Shown here in pieces: positions 36,701 through 45,954 of a DNA stretch of 63,049 nucleotides. The translations under genes and the position numbers were made by a program. The notes beneath the pieces were generated by a model. It was not told where the DNA came from. It did not search any database and saw nothing but the letters and a program-made list of their open reading frames with translations. Position 1 is the stretch's first letter. The number at the start of each line of letters is the position of its first letter. The stretch covers positions 1 to 63,049 of IMG/VR virus record IMGVR_UViG_3300027782_000082; one strand, written 5' to 3'. The stretch comes from a virus (taxonomy: Duplodnaviria; Caudoviricetes).

Positions 36701-39700
36701 GATCAGCATGCCAAATCCTGGTACAATGTCTGCGCTTGTTTCTCTATGTTGATTTGCTGTGGCCCATGCTACTATCTTTTGATTGGTTCTATCAACATTG
36801 AGTGTGTTATCAAGTATGCCTGGAACAAGCCTAGGGCCTTCCCATACTGATTCCAAATACTCTGGGCCACCAGATAGCAATAGCCAATTTGCATAAGAGA
36901 ACGCAAACTCACTGCTTCTACGCCATGCAAGTTCCTGTGTGCCGATGTTGCCAAATGTCCAATCATCGATTGTTGCATCACTAGTAGTAATAGTGGTCTC
37001 GTCATACCAACCAGCCGCAACTGGATTGCGTAGCGTTCCGTCGGTATCTACTGGCAAGAAAGGTGCATCAGGTCCTGTCAGATATTCTATATCATGCTTG
37101 ATAGAACTGTTTGTATCAACATCTGGAAATGGCGTGTTGCTCCTATTGCCAATGGTCAATGCCGCAATCAATCTGACTCGTTTAACAGGATCAGTCCAGC
37201 TGTACATCGAATCCCAGTTGCTTGGCTTGCGAGCAAACCCCAGCATTTCCCAAGGATGTGTGTCTGGTCGGTCCGTGCCATACACATGTCGATATATGTC
37301 TCTCCAGCTGCCATAACGATTTCCATCAACAGCATCAAATACAGAATAGTTATATGTCAGTGGGCGGCCAATTATATGACCAAGGTTTGGTGTTTCCACA
37401 ATCTTGTGCTCGTTTGACCATGTTAGCCAAGCATCTTCAAGATAAGAGTTCAGTTCTGCTCTGTTATACCAAGTCTGACGCATCTTTCGAGGCTGGTGCT
37501 TGGCCAATAATATCTCTGCACGTTCGCCACGTGCTTTACCAATGCTACTGGCAACACGACGCTCAAATTCCAGCAACATGTCATCGCGGAAGTCACCCCA
37601 GGCTGGTGTCAAACTGCCATCGTGTCCTTGGATGAATAACACGTCTGGCCCTTGATATGTGGTATCAGTGTAGTACTCAGGATGATACCATGGTGTGATG
37701 CCCATCTTGGCAGGTGTTGGCGGTACATAACTCACACGTGTTTTCTTGAATACACAGATCTTGAACTGGCACGGAGTGTCAAACTCTGCAGAAATATGCA
37801 CAGTCTTTGCGGTCTGGTCAATGTCGTAATCTTTTGTGTATGTTAGTATGCGCCAGGCTGTGTCATTGTAATTCTTATAGTAAACGTACACATGATCTGT
37901 TGATATTTCGCCAAGCTCTGCTGTACTTGGTATCTCGCACTCATAATCCACAAAAGAAGCAGCCAGGCCGCCATTTAATATGATAATTGGTGGAGTAGGG
38001 TCGGCGTCTTCACCGTCAACAATATCAACCACTGTTGGATCTGTATCGTCACCATCAATCTCCAACTGCGCCGTGGAATCAGCAAAGGTGTAGATTTTTT
38101 CAGCGTCAGGTGTACCCCACATGACCATGTGGCTGTGTGCATATCTAAATGATTCGTTTCGTCCCACAAATATGTCTGACAATGCTTTGTCAACGGATGC
38201 CTGTACATTTGAAATATCTTGGTCCAGGTATAGTCTTTCAATTTTTTGTATGAACTTCAATTTGAAATTAGCATAGGCTTTTCTGGCATCTTCCAGCAAG
38301 GGAAATGCTGAACCTGTTTCGCCCGAGCGCATCATCCAGAAGTATCTATTGGCAGGGGAGTCATGCAATAGTATGTTGTTGCCCGGCGATGTTCTGGTTT
38401 CTGTAAACATCCAGTCGTTATCACCAAATGAATTGTTGTACCCTTCGGCTTCGGCAAATCTAGGATATTGCGAATTTGCATGGTAGGTATCTACAACAAA
38501 TCGCGGAATCAATGTCTTGGCGATTGACGAACGGAAATGTTCAAAGAACTGGCCGTAAGATCCTTTCGATACTATTTCATTGTATGGATTTTTAGACAAG
38601 TTTGAAATGTCAACATTGCGATTAACTGATGTCAGCATGCTGCCGTTAGTAACCACGTCAACAATATCTCCGGATGCAAGCCCAAGTACTTTTATGCCTA
38701 GCACAGGTGTGGTGTATGCATCTACACCGCCTTCATATGCTATTCTCCACTGGCTGGGGTCTTGTTCTTTGCCATTTACCAGCACACGTGGATGTCGGAT
38801 GTCATCACGACGCCTACCAACCACGCGAGCTATGTTATATCTTCCTTCTCCAATTCGCCATTTGATTATGTAATCTCCTGGGCGGCAGTCTTGTGGATCA
38901 TAAGATACTTTTTCATCAAACAAACTGGCAGGTAGTGGCACTTCAACATCAGTGGTATCAATGAACACAACTCCGCGCTGGTTTGCCACACGCAATCTAC
39001 GTCCTGTATAGTTAAAGATTTTACCATTTTTTATCTTTGAAACGATGATGTCATCATACCACTCTTGCGCCGGACGATCTGAATACACTTCTTCCACTAG
39101 GTAATCTTTGTAACCATCTGTGCTCAATGTCATTGGCATGGCGATGTTCCAGGTGTATGTTGGATCAAATACCCATTGTTCGCCGATCAATGACAAAGTG
39201 CCAGAGCTATCAATTATGTCATCTGTGACTGTGACCGAGTACTCTTTCTTGACAGAAAAACACTCGCTGATGGGTTCCCATCCAGCATTGTACTTCCAAA
39301 TTGGATCAATTACTTTGTCAATGTTCCATTCTCTAAAGTAACTGAAAGAACTGATATCTCTAAGAGCATTGACCGGTACGCCTTCACTTCTTTTGTAGAT
39401 CTCAGCAATGTAGTTGGTAAAAGATATTGCACCAATGTTGTTGGCCAGACTATTCTTGTAACTGCTATCATATGCAATCGACAGATTTAATTCTCGGTCG
39501 TATGTGGTTCCTTTGGTATAGCCAAATATTTGGCTACCGCTGAATGCCGCAACATCATACTGTTCAATCGGGGTTCCGTTACCATCAAACAATCTAAACA
39601 GTGGTGCTTGTCCCCTGACTTCTAGTTGCTGGGCTTTTACCCAAGATGTACCGTTATACCAATATGTCAGACCAAAATTTGGTCCATCTAATACCAATAC

Positions 39701-40963
39701 AGATGCACCTGTTACAGGCGCCGCGTCACTGGCAGGTATGAACTCAACTCCAAAGTCAACTCCGGTAGCAATGAATGTTTTATTCTTGATCGCTGGGTCG
39801 CCGCCAAGGAATATCACTCTTGCATTTTCTGGTACAGGTACTCCGTCAATTACCGGGTTCACTATGCCATTGAGGCCGTTCAATGAGCTAACACTATCAG
39901 TTAACAATGTCACATGCTTCTTGCCAAGGTGGCCGTGATTCCACATGTCTATGTCAGAATAAAACTCAACGATTGGCCTTGCGGCACGATCGTTGATGTT
40001 CAATACATCACCATCAGCGATGTCCAAGAACCTGGCTACTTCAAACGCAGTTTGCTCATGTATCCAGCGATTCGTACGACTCCATACATTGTAGTTGGCG
40101 CTACCCATTGCAATGGTAACATATTGCTTTCCGCCTGGTGTTAACACATCTGTGTCCCAGCGATTCCTGTCCCAATTCTTGTTGTCCCATGGTAGTGGCG
40201 CAAGTATGGAAATCAAGCTCAACGGATTTGCATATAGCTCAAATGGCAGTAGCTTGATACTTGATCCAACCCCAGACACGATATAATACTTTGGATCCGT
40301 GCTGTCGGATGGAATAGTTAGATACTCAGTTGACTCTTCCCATATTCCTAGATCTCTCTGTACGAAATATATTTTCATACCATTGCGCAATGTCAGCTTG
40401 CGGCCATTGGCTTGAGTGTTTGTGACATAGTAGGCTTTGCCTACTATATCTGTGCCGATGTTGACTATGTCCAGTTCGCCATCATCGTTGCGCCCTGCTT
40501 CTAGTGCAATGGTTGGTAGATCAAACGGAAGCCAATAATAGTTCTGGAAATTTACAAACTTGTCTGGATCAATCTTGGGGGAAAAACCATAGGTTTTTCC
40601 AGTGAGCTGTTTTGCATCCTTGAGAGGAATATTTTCTCTGACGGTGAGTTCTTCTCTGATGTCAACTATGTCACCTACCACTTCGCCAGCTGTAATTCCC
40701 ATCTCATAACGATTGCCGTTAGTTAGGTATATATCTGAGGCTCGTCGTAGTTTGCCATTAGCACTACCAATGTATCCATCAAACGATTCCAGCGTGCCTT
40801 TGCTGGTCAGGTCTCCCAACAAAGCATTGATATACTTTTTGTTACGAGTTGTCCTGTGTACACCTGGCAGTAGACCAGATACGTTTACAGTCGCTGGCGG
40901 CACCTTACTACTACCTGGATAGGTTTGATAAGACGTTGTTATCTTTTTATTTTTGCTAGCCAT
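30722..40963 (-). CDS. Giant (3413 aa) baseplate wedge-type structural protein
   Basis: Follows the gp6-like gene; FINEVKPYHTK; WD..PWD repeats; two CBM5/12-like W/Y....Y..G..V.Y.G..Y.A modules. Confidence 0.8.
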   Translation of the reverse strand: MASKNKKITTSYQTYPGSSKVPPATVNVSGLLPGVHRTTRNKKYINALLGDLTSKGTLESFDGYIGSANGKLRRASDIYLTNGNRYEMGITAGEVVGDIVDIREELTVRENIPLKDAKQLTGKTYGFSPKIDPDKFVNFQNYYWLPFDLPTIALEAGRNDDGELDIVNIGTDIVGKAYYVTNTQANGRKLTLRNGMKIYFVQRDLGIWEESTEYLTIPSDSTDPKYYIVSGVGSSIKLLPFELYANPLSLISILAPLPWDNKNWDRNRWDTDVLTPGGKQYVTIAMGSANYNVWSRTNRWIHEQTAFEVARFLDIADGDVLNINDRAARPIVEFYSDIDMWNHGHLGKKHVTLLTDSVSSLNGLNGIVNPVIDGVPVPENARVIFLGGDPAIKNKTFIATGVDFGVEFIPASDAAPVTGASVLVLDGPNFGLTYWYNGTSWVKAQQLEVRGQAPLFRLFDGNGTPIEQYDVAAFSGSQIFGYTKGTTYDRELNLSIAYDSSYKNSLANNIGAISFTNYIAEIYKRSEGVPVNALRDISSFSYFREWNIDKVIDPIWKYNAGWEPISECFSVKKEYSVTVTDDIIDSSGTLSLIGEQWVFDPTYTWNIAMPMTLSTDGYKDYLVEEVYSDRPAQEWYDDIIVSKIKNGKIFNYTGRRLRVANQRGVVFIDTTDVEVPLPASLFDEKVSYDPQDCRPGDYIIKWRIGEGRYNIARVVGRRRDDIRHPRVLVNGKEQDPSQWRIAYEGGVDAYTTPVLGIKVLGLASGDIVDVVTNGSMLTSVNRNVDISNLSKNPYNEIVSKGSYGQFFEHFRSSIAKTLIPRFVVDTYHANSQYPRFAEAEGYNNSFGDNDWMFTETRTSPGNNILLHDSPANRYFWMMRSGETGSAFPLLEDARKAYANFKLKFIQKIERLYLDQDISNVQASVDKALSDIFVGRNESFRYAHSHMVMWGTPDAEKIYTFADSTAQLEIDGDDTDPTVVDIVDGEDADPTPPIIILNGGLAASFVDYECEIPSTAELGEISTDHVYVYYKNYNDTAWRILTYTKDYDIDQTAKTVHISAEFDTPCQFKICVFKKTRVSYVPPTPAKMGITPWYHPEYYTDTTYQGPDVLFIQGHDGSLTPAWGDFRDDMLLEFERRVASSIGKARGERAEILLAKHQPRKMRQTWYNRAELNSYLEDAWLTWSNEHKIVETPNLGHIIGRPLTYNYSVFDAVDGNRYGSWRDIYRHVYGTDRPDTHPWEMLGFARKPSNWDSMYSWTDPVKRVRLIAALTIGNRSNTPFPDVDTNSSIKHDIEYLTGPDAPFLPVDTDGTLRNPVAAGWYDETTITTSDATIDDWTFGNIGTQELAWRRSSEFAFSYANWLLLSGGPEYLESVWEGPRLVPGILDNTLNVDRTNQKIVAWATANQHRETSADIVPGFGMLISELASSLSADVLQSIISEIRNVKSRLQWTANGFLDATSLDFVADILIEQEKGNRIPQEDYAISLKNTSPSVVLTYSGVKVIVDDAGGYRIQGFDNISTYFPYYAVKASGPSIPVEVGSITYKKYTTFETVISYLDYGTVLMTRQEVINFLLGYGHYLESQGWKFEDTAPTQDDILDWSYSAREFATWSQTRWQANTQIALSPAAQNLVLSHSTRFFGRLDTTFLSRTYLLDENSRRIDFKDTEVVREDEETTIKSRPGIGIYFVRCGLEEYTHAVVFNDTTIFNDQINDYLFGLIIPRLRAQGKRTTNWNGRPEGHGYLIGESGIGSNLDTISREIGDDYITVENRSSNPWIRNLKKSQLGLSRPEDALLAAGFSKDTIDQFQAGSLRRKGTPNIIDKFTKGILGDLSSSSLSVPPGITVRENWMFRMGDFGTTGEKSTWEIQIPADTRETLLDLITVRVIPPFRENTYYETYVDKAADNIIDLLGPNDSRWVKYPRDFELPIRSKSVRETDLPQAGIPDRIETDYKFMDVDQLYEIDIADDILGEMSAIESWSTKLPYDEGDRVRYKGQLYKANYSHLAKTTFDPADWLAIEELYLPSIWLANKTPESNDVKDWTVLQTMDKNLGIKELCAGTFDDPYHPLCEMLPGVKHNLSVGDWVLILSTEKKDVNGYYKVTTIRDTESFFIELKYNPLDFVVPEFPPGNTSADGKLFVVKHTHFYTVDEMNASILDPGYEWANGQMAYIDDRVNEPSAYTYKGNYSLFTNNDIPSDNRGLVFYDFNADNVLHQWQASGEENMPWLFAIGILLATFMKLDAGTLALTDTCPVSLAALNVTGPTVLPTDLPSITVAEALNGIIFRQFNDCAWVLAEKIYTSGTLAAAAINTMFADECIAFVAEVDSTTNGSATTLDLAKIAKKIWSYTDYQYLFAQDSWFFRGKIYANRNVLLDYNGTGMFALQNDTEDADGNPLVEYHMIGIKPFSSRELMMVAMGYASRLKRDSDAIALLDTVNSFGKRAGTFNHIPFIFDRALGDIVDHSRITNVEIVDYETNTVLATLNPYDPAAGVLPAYVDTFINWKEHDDPASYTNADLEDQEGYSVRPRFAWFDEHQGEVWWDLSAVRYYDYYQGRTREKAFQWGKQFPGSTVQIYEWVKSVIPPAQWVESARTGFLVDFESVTGTPYHKTVNGENKYFWCEREEKDKKGVLRTFYYFWVSGMDRTYSTRTNIQSVAQKSTSISSAQVYTRATAGIPLTSNKFNVTQIASVVGNPRVSGAMWFAGLQKNAILLSGVGKLLGKKGAVLRIETDGNSDSHDQWLLMKENDITSTVSDWLHIRMRDSIIGEDQSETIYDVSNYQIGTNYGRGAVVRYDGNYYRAFRDFLASDVAFEDGSFVAFASQPWQRLWDFRLVEADKISEIQGKSVPDYSRHKYNRYGNEIRPTQQSWLNDRIEAIRIFVNVANRELAKVNVTSIVGWNNRLSRVIATNDPSFSYDISTYWDYVDYADSSFDSNKIPVAVLTTGTELYNYSTAKVGDYVEVLLGEQQLKNVWEKSVDGWKLVFQENGTIHLSKKLFDLAKAQDLWDASPWDSLRWDAYPFVELFEIITALREDVFVDSAQVHYNVVFFALAKEVLRQNPSCHWIRKSSYVDVERVSTEPLAATAYFRKEYLRNDDNVLTDFINEVKPYHTKILNQTEVDQIKDNVEVSFEDSHTGKIVMRYGRHGDQTWQGYYIDGHPFGHLQEGWDRNPWDFDFTAEGLLPATGERVSRMKNYLWDMEQPGYEALIDTIIAGHSFGVQPEALQAIVDGNAFYQPEWDRWPEEMVALSPGESVEIRVINNASGRIVNNSTVAWRYHMDILGGTTVYRYNNAASTTVTATANETATEIQLDDASVLTRPDPVNGKPGVVWLARERVEFWEIDGNTIKRLVRGTLGTPVLPQTVGRRVYDGGQQNQVPTPSELKNWQNALYPQWNEETLTLLNSTTREAVFLKEGRGYFVPA

Positions 40964-40964
40964 G

Positions 40965-43900
40965 TCAGTTGTTAACCCTGATGTTTGTTTCTGTAATCGA
41001 AGAAATAATTTCTATGTTATCTGCGGTAGCAACATGATAAAATATTTCATCTTCGTTTGGTGTGATCTGGAATAGGTTACCAAATCTTGCTGCTTCTACT
41101 GTTGGCACAATGACCACGCTGGCAATATTGCCCGACAACTGTTTATGTATGAATGCTGCCAACTCAGTATAATAAAATGTCTCACCAAATTCCCAATTAC
41201 TTGGAAGGAAGTACTCATCCATTGCTTTGAGTATGCGACTCTTTATTTCGTTATCACTGATCCTGGCGCCGGACATCTTTACCACTTTGAGAGTAGCACG
41301 ATATCTGCTGTCTGCCAGCTCACCGAATAAATTCAAGAACTTTCCTGAGTGATAAATGATTTCATCGCTCACGCTCTTGTGTGAATTTAATGTCAAGAAA
41401 CGCTGTATAAGATCATCGCTGGTTGGTTTTTCTGGCTCTGATGTTGGTGTGCCACCTGCATTGATCCACTCTCTATAGAGATTGTAGTAGCCTTCTAATA
41501 GAACATAAGTGTCTATCACGTTGGTAGGCGATGGATCAATGATCTGCTTGCGAGATGCCACATGGTGCCAATGGAATCGCAATCCAGATCTTCCAGTAAC
41601 AACACGGCTGACGGGATAAAGTGCAGGATCCACAGGCATTTCAAATCGCAGACCTCCTTCTTCTCTCCAGCCCAGGCTGATAGTTCGATTGCCCACAAGG
41701 TCCTCAAAAGCATAGGGATTTTCAGGCAAAAAGTCGGTGTCAACATCGGCCAATGTACATTGTACCTTTGTGGGATCAGTATAACCATCTTCGTAACGAT
41801 AATATCTGCTCAGTCTGAACAACTGTTCTTCTTCGAGATACTGTGTTGCATCGTTGGGTTTCTTGTTATTCAAATATTTGATAGTGTCGTTAGAGTTATC
41901 TGCCTTGGTACTGCCCAGTGTGTTCACAAAGTTTTCATTGTAAAAACGCACTTTCCTATCGCTGCCTGCGATAATAGAAGTCACACGTTGCTTGACTACA
42001 AACCTATCTCCTTCATAGGTAACATACATCAACCAGCTGGAGTCTAAGCCAAGTCCGGCAGTACTACCGGCATTTGCCAAACTAAAGTCATTTGTACTGA
42101 TGTTGTCAGCATTGATGATCCTGAAAGAATAATTTGTATAGTCGTATGCAATTCCAAAAGTCTGGAAGTTACCAAGCAATGATTTTAGCGTTTCTTTGAA
42201 TGCCGTTGTAAATGTTTTTACGTAAGCTGGAATTAGTCTACGTATGCTAGCACCGTCGCTTACCACTTTGTTCAATATAACAACACCTTCTCCGTTGGGC
42301 TTTAGTCCTGTGCTGATACCATATTCGTCCTGTACACCGAGACCGTTGCCGTAGATCCGTCCCAGCGGTACCCAGCGCAATCCATTCACAGGATCAGAGT
42401 CATCTTCTAACAGCATCACAGCACCTTGACGTATTTGTTTGTAGACTGGGTCAGCTGATGCACCACCGATCCTAATAATTGCATCCAGGTCAAGTCCAAA
42501 ACTATTGGTAAAGAACCCATGGCAATAATTTGTACCTCTGCCTACCCTGTTGAAATATGCTGGCTTGTTGGCAAAAGAAATATTTGGATAGTTCTTGTAG
42601 TAAAAGTTGATCAAGTCTTGGTCTGACAGCATTGCCTCAATGTCACTGATGATATCAATCACACGCTTGTTACCACGCGGATATGGATACTCATGGCGTA
42701 CTGCATTGTCTTCTCTATAGACAAAACCATCTGTGCCAAATACATCAAGATCATTGTAGGTTCCAGTTGGATCCTTGTCCTGGATGTATCTGCTCATGCC
42801 GCTGTGTATGCGGTTGATACTTTTGATCTTCAAGATTCCTGGACTGGCCGTCATTGGATAGCTAGCATAATCCTGCCCAGTTACCATACGGTCTTGTGCA
42901 TAGTAGTATGCTGGTGCTTTTGTGCGCACATCCTCAATGCTGTCAGCCATTTCAGCATTGGAAATTGTATAGTCGAGATCGCATGTTAGTGTCAGTGTAT
43001 GCGCTTGATTTGACTTGCTGATATAAGGTATACCAAATGTCAATGCTTTCATGGACGATGGTTTAATAGTATACGATAGTCCGTTACCAACTCTTACGAT
43101 AACTCTTATCAATCCGGTGGGTATGTTACCAAATTTACCGTCGGCAAATTTAATGCTGACAGCATCATTGTTTCCGGTCAGTACTTCGTATATGTTGCGC
43201 TCTTCATTGCCAAGATCATTGATATAGAGATTGCTACCATTGGTAGATGGCACACGCTGCCAATGTGCTAATACTTCTCCAGTGTCATTGATGCTCTGCA
43301 CCCAGATATCATTTTCAGTCACGTTGCTTGCTGGAATATCTATAACACGATTGATCAGAGGAGAATCGATGATGTAGTCGTAACGAGCAAGTGTTCCTTG
43401 CTTGAACATCATAAAGAAGCCAGTGTTTGGAGATAGATTACCTAGTCCGTCATTTTTATAGATGACGTTAAATGGTCCTGATTGTGTGGGCGTGTTTTCT
43501 TCGATGCTGCCGCCGTCAAGCAATCTAGCACATAGTAGTTCAAAGTCCATGGAGTTTCCTCCAACATTGGAATTGAATCCAATTGACGGAAAGTCAGCGA
43601 ATGTAGATGAAAATCCGTACTGTGCAATCTGTCCACCTGCTGATGTATACACAACTTCTGGTGTACCAAATTGCGTAGCAGAGTTGAGTGCTGTGTTCAT
43701 CACAATCACAAATTTTTCATATGCATCGGTATCTGTTGTGGCAGTCCAGTAAACCGTCTGACGTGCCAGATCATTGCCCAGGCTGTCTAGTACTGTTTCA
43801 CTTGTGCTTGCGCTTTTTATTTTTAGATAGCCAACTGCATTGCGACTGCGACGCGGCTGATAGCTCAACTGTCGTGCCAGTTTAAGGATGCTGTCACGAC

Positions 43901-44177
43901 GTTCTGCGGTGTCAAGAAATGCTTCGCGGCTGTTCAAATCATTGCGGAAGCTAAGGTTCTGTCCTACGAATGCGATCAAGTCAATCAGCGCAACAAACTC
44001 TGAGCTTTGGATATAGTCGTTGAAATCTTCTGGATAGTTGCGCTTGATGATATCCAGCATTGCTGTTCTAAGGGTGTCAAAATCGTAACTCTTAAATTCA
44101 GCATTGCGGAAACTCTGCGCAACGACCTTCCAGTCTTCCGCGGCAAAGAGTTTGCTTTGTCTGATTGCATCACTCAT
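40965..44177 (-). CDS. Baseplate wedge protein, T4 gp6-like
   Basis: YDFD.LR, F.DY..SS...LID..A, FLDTAERRDSI.KLA..L.Y.P, IKFADG.FG.IP and QDRMVT..DY. Confidence 0.88.
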   Translation of the reverse strand: MSDAIRQSKLFAAEDWKVVAQSFRNAEFKSYDFDTLRTAMLDIIKRNYPEDFNDYIQSSEFVALIDLIAFVGQNLSFRNDLNSREAFLDTAERRDSILKLARQLSYQPRRSRNAVGYLKIKSASTSETVLDSLGNDLARQTVYWTATTDTDAYEKFVIVMNTALNSATQFGTPEVVYTSAGGQIAQYGFSSTFADFPSIGFNSNVGGNSMDFELLCARLLDGGSIEENTPTQSGPFNVIYKNDGLGNLSPNTGFFMMFKQGTLARYDYIIDSPLINRVIDIPASNVTENDIWVQSINDTGEVLAHWQRVPSTNGSNLYINDLGNEERNIYEVLTGNNDAVSIKFADGKFGNIPTGLIRVIVRVGNGLSYTIKPSSMKALTFGIPYISKSNQAHTLTLTCDLDYTISNAEMADSIEDVRTKAPAYYYAQDRMVTGQDYASYPMTASPGILKIKSINRIHSGMSRYIQDKDPTGTYNDLDVFGTDGFVYREDNAVRHEYPYPRGNKRVIDIISDIEAMLSDQDLINFYYKNYPNISFANKPAYFNRVGRGTNYCHGFFTNSFGLDLDAIIRIGGASADPVYKQIRQGAVMLLEDDSDPVNGLRWVPLGRIYGNGLGVQDEYGISTGLKPNGEGVVILNKVVSDGASIRRLIPAYVKTFTTAFKETLKSLLGNFQTFGIAYDYTNYSFRIINADNISTNDFSLANAGSTAGLGLDSSWLMYVTYEGDRFVVKQRVTSIIAGSDRKVRFYNENFVNTLGSTKADNSNDTIKYLNNKKPNDATQYLEEEQLFRLSRYYRYEDGYTDPTKVQCTLADVDTDFLPENPYAFEDLVGNRTISLGWREEGGLRFEMPVDPALYPVSRVVTGRSGLRFHWHHVASRKQIIDPSPTNVIDTYVLLEGYYNLYREWINAGGTPTSEPEKPTSDDLIQRFLTLNSHKSVSDEIIYHSGKFLNLFGELADSRYRATLKVVKMSGARISDNEIKSRILKAMDEYFLPSNWEFGETFYYTELAAFIHKQLSGNIASVVIVPTVEAARFGNLFQITPNEDEIFYHVATADNIEIISSITETNIRVNN

Positions 44178-44554
44178 GGATTGTTTCCTTTAGTATTTGT
44201 CTCGAACGCTACAGTTAGCGTTTCTTCTGATGTGGTTGGAACATAAGTCAACAGCATATCTATGTATATTGCTTGTCCGTTGGTATCATTGCGAAGCTGT
44301 GCTTCCTTTAGTTTCCAACGGGGATCTTGCCCTACAATACGCTGTGTGTCAGCAAAAATTATTTCTTGGTTGTCTTCAGTCATGGGCTCAAATAAGATAT
44401 CCCAGATAACGCTACCATAAAGGGGGGCCATAAGGCGCTCGCCCTTGCGGGTATAAAAATGATTCAACAGGTCTCGGCGTGCTAGCTCTTTGTCAAAAAG
44501 AGCGGGCTCGCTAAACTCTCCTGCTAAACTAGAATAACCTTTGAATGTTGCCAT
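44174..44554 (-). CDS. Baseplate wedge protein, T4 gp25-like
   Basis: LLNHF.TRKGERLM.P.YGS....LFEP and DPR. Confidence 0.88.
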   Translation of the reverse strand: MATFKGYSSLAGEFSEPALFDKELARRDLLNHFYTRKGERLMAPLYGSVIWDILFEPMTEDNQEIIFADTQRIVGQDPRWKLKEAQLRNDTNGQAIYIDMLLTYVPTTSEETLTVAFETNTKGNNP

Positions 44555-44607
44555 GTTGGTAGTCTGTTTCCTTCACTACCTATTTATTGGCGAGAAAAAC
44601 CGAGTGG

Positions 44608-44847
44608 TTAATGCAAAATCTTACTCTGCGTGGTGTCTACGCCTATCAGTATGTTCTTCTCGATTTCTTCAAGCAGTTTGGGGATATCAGCTGAATCAGA
44701 TACCGATTGTACCAGCGCAATCAATATTGAACGTAGCATTTTTACGTTTGATTGTGTGGAAGCTTCCGGTGGGCAGTAAACTTCAATCCCACCATTTGGC
44801 TTCAATACCAATGCACAGTCTTCGTACTCAATTTCCATGTTTATCAT
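44608..44847 (-). CDS. Hypothetical protein
   Basis: GAGGAG RBS located inside an inverted repeat. Confidence 0.7.
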   Translation of the reverse strand: MINMEIEYEDCALVLKPNGGIEVYCPPEASTQSNVKMLRSILIALVQSVSDSADIPKLLEEIEKNILIGVDTTQSKILH

Positions 44848-44897
44848 GACATGCTCCTCTGCTTATAGTCTTAATTATCTGCAGAGGAGTATGAGTT

Positions 44898-45434
44898 CTA
44901 AGCGGCTTTCTCATTGTACTCTACACCAATGTACTCAGCCCATGCCGGGTCTTTCATGGTGAATTTCACATGCGCACGTGCCTTGCGAGCCATTTCCCAG
45001 TAGTTGGGCTGTGCAGGAGTCTTGCGTGGAGTGACTAGGTCAGCACCCTTCATGAAGTTGCACGAAGTACATGCTGTGACCACGTTGTCCCAGTCCAGCT
45101 TGCCGCCAAGACTCTTAGGAACCACATGATCCAGTGTTAGATCATCCACGCTGAATTCTGAACCGCAATATTGGCAGGTGTACTCATCCCGAAGGTACAC
45201 CATTTTACGGTTGAAATTCACACCCAGCTGAGGCATTATGTAATCTTTGGTTATCACGATACTGGGCACAGGTAGCACTAGCTTTTGGCTTCGTACAAAC
45301 CAGTCGTCGTGGTTTTTGATCACGACGACTTTGTCTAGCCACAATGCCTTGACAGCATCTTGCCAGGTCAATGTAGATGGGGGCAACATTCTCAGTGGCC
45401 GCCCATCCTGGTTTAACAACAATGTATCGCTCAA
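44898..45434 (-). CDS. HNH endonuclease
   Basis: RDEYTCQYCG, TLDHVVPKS.GG...WDNVVTAC..CN..KG. Confidence 0.9.
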   Translation of the reverse strand: MSDTLLLNQDGRPLRMLPPSTLTWQDAVKALWLDKVVVIKNHDDWFVRSQKLVLPVPSIVITKDYIMPQLGVNFNRKMVYLRDEYTCQYCGSEFSVDDLTLDHVVPKSLGGKLDWDNVVTACTSCNFMKGADLVTPRKTPAQPNYWEMARKARAHVKFTMKDPAWAEYIGVEYNEKAA

Positions 45435-45482
45435 AATTCTACCCTACGTTTTATATACGCTATATTAGTAGAGTATAGCGTA

Positions 45483-45800
45483 TTATCTTACTACTGTCGA
45501 CCTTGATTGCATTGTATTTTTTCGATTGTATTGACCCATCATGCCCATTACTTTGCGAACCAACTTTGGATGCGCATTTCTGAACGCTTTGGCTGCTGCC
45601 TGGCTTTCCCAACGTGTTTCTGTTGTGACTGTCAATTTGTCGTCGCTTAGTGTGCGAGACATGCCCTGGAAACCTGGGGCGTTTTTGCGAAGTTCAAAAA
45701 ACCTCTGGAACTCTGGATTTGCGCGAAGGCGCGGAGATCCAAGTGCGAAAGGACGATTTGCATTTGCGCGAGTCGTTACTCTCTTTATGACGTATGCCAT
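45483..45800 (-). CDS. Small basic protein (ABM-like fold?), probable paralogue of 11634-11912
   Basis: AGGAG RBS before MAYVIK; TAAATA at 45837. Confidence 0.75.
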   Translation of the reverse strand: MAYVIKRVTTRANANRPFALGSPRLRANPEFQRFFELRKNAPGFQGMSRTLSDDKLTVTTETRWESQAAAKAFRNAHPKLVRKVMGMMGQYNRKNTMQSRSTVVR

Positions 45801-45896
45801 GTTATTTCTCCTAAATTGGACTTTCGAGTCCATGTGTATTTATGGGTGTTTTTGATAATACCGATAAGTTGTTGTTTTTACACAACATTTTAGAGG

Positions 45897-45924
45897 TTGA
45901 CAAGGATCCAAAATGTGCTATAAT
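45897..45924 (+). promoter_or_regulatory. Sigma70-type promoter for the ligase gene
   Basis: GAGG-TTGACA-N16-TATAAT with TGn extended -10. Confidence 0.8.
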
Positions 45925-45954
45925 AATGGTACGTTAACACACAGAGGATCCAAT

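Noticed and set aside
44898-45434. HNH as an intron- or intein-borne homing element
   Set aside because: It is free-standing between intact genes, with no interrupted host gene.
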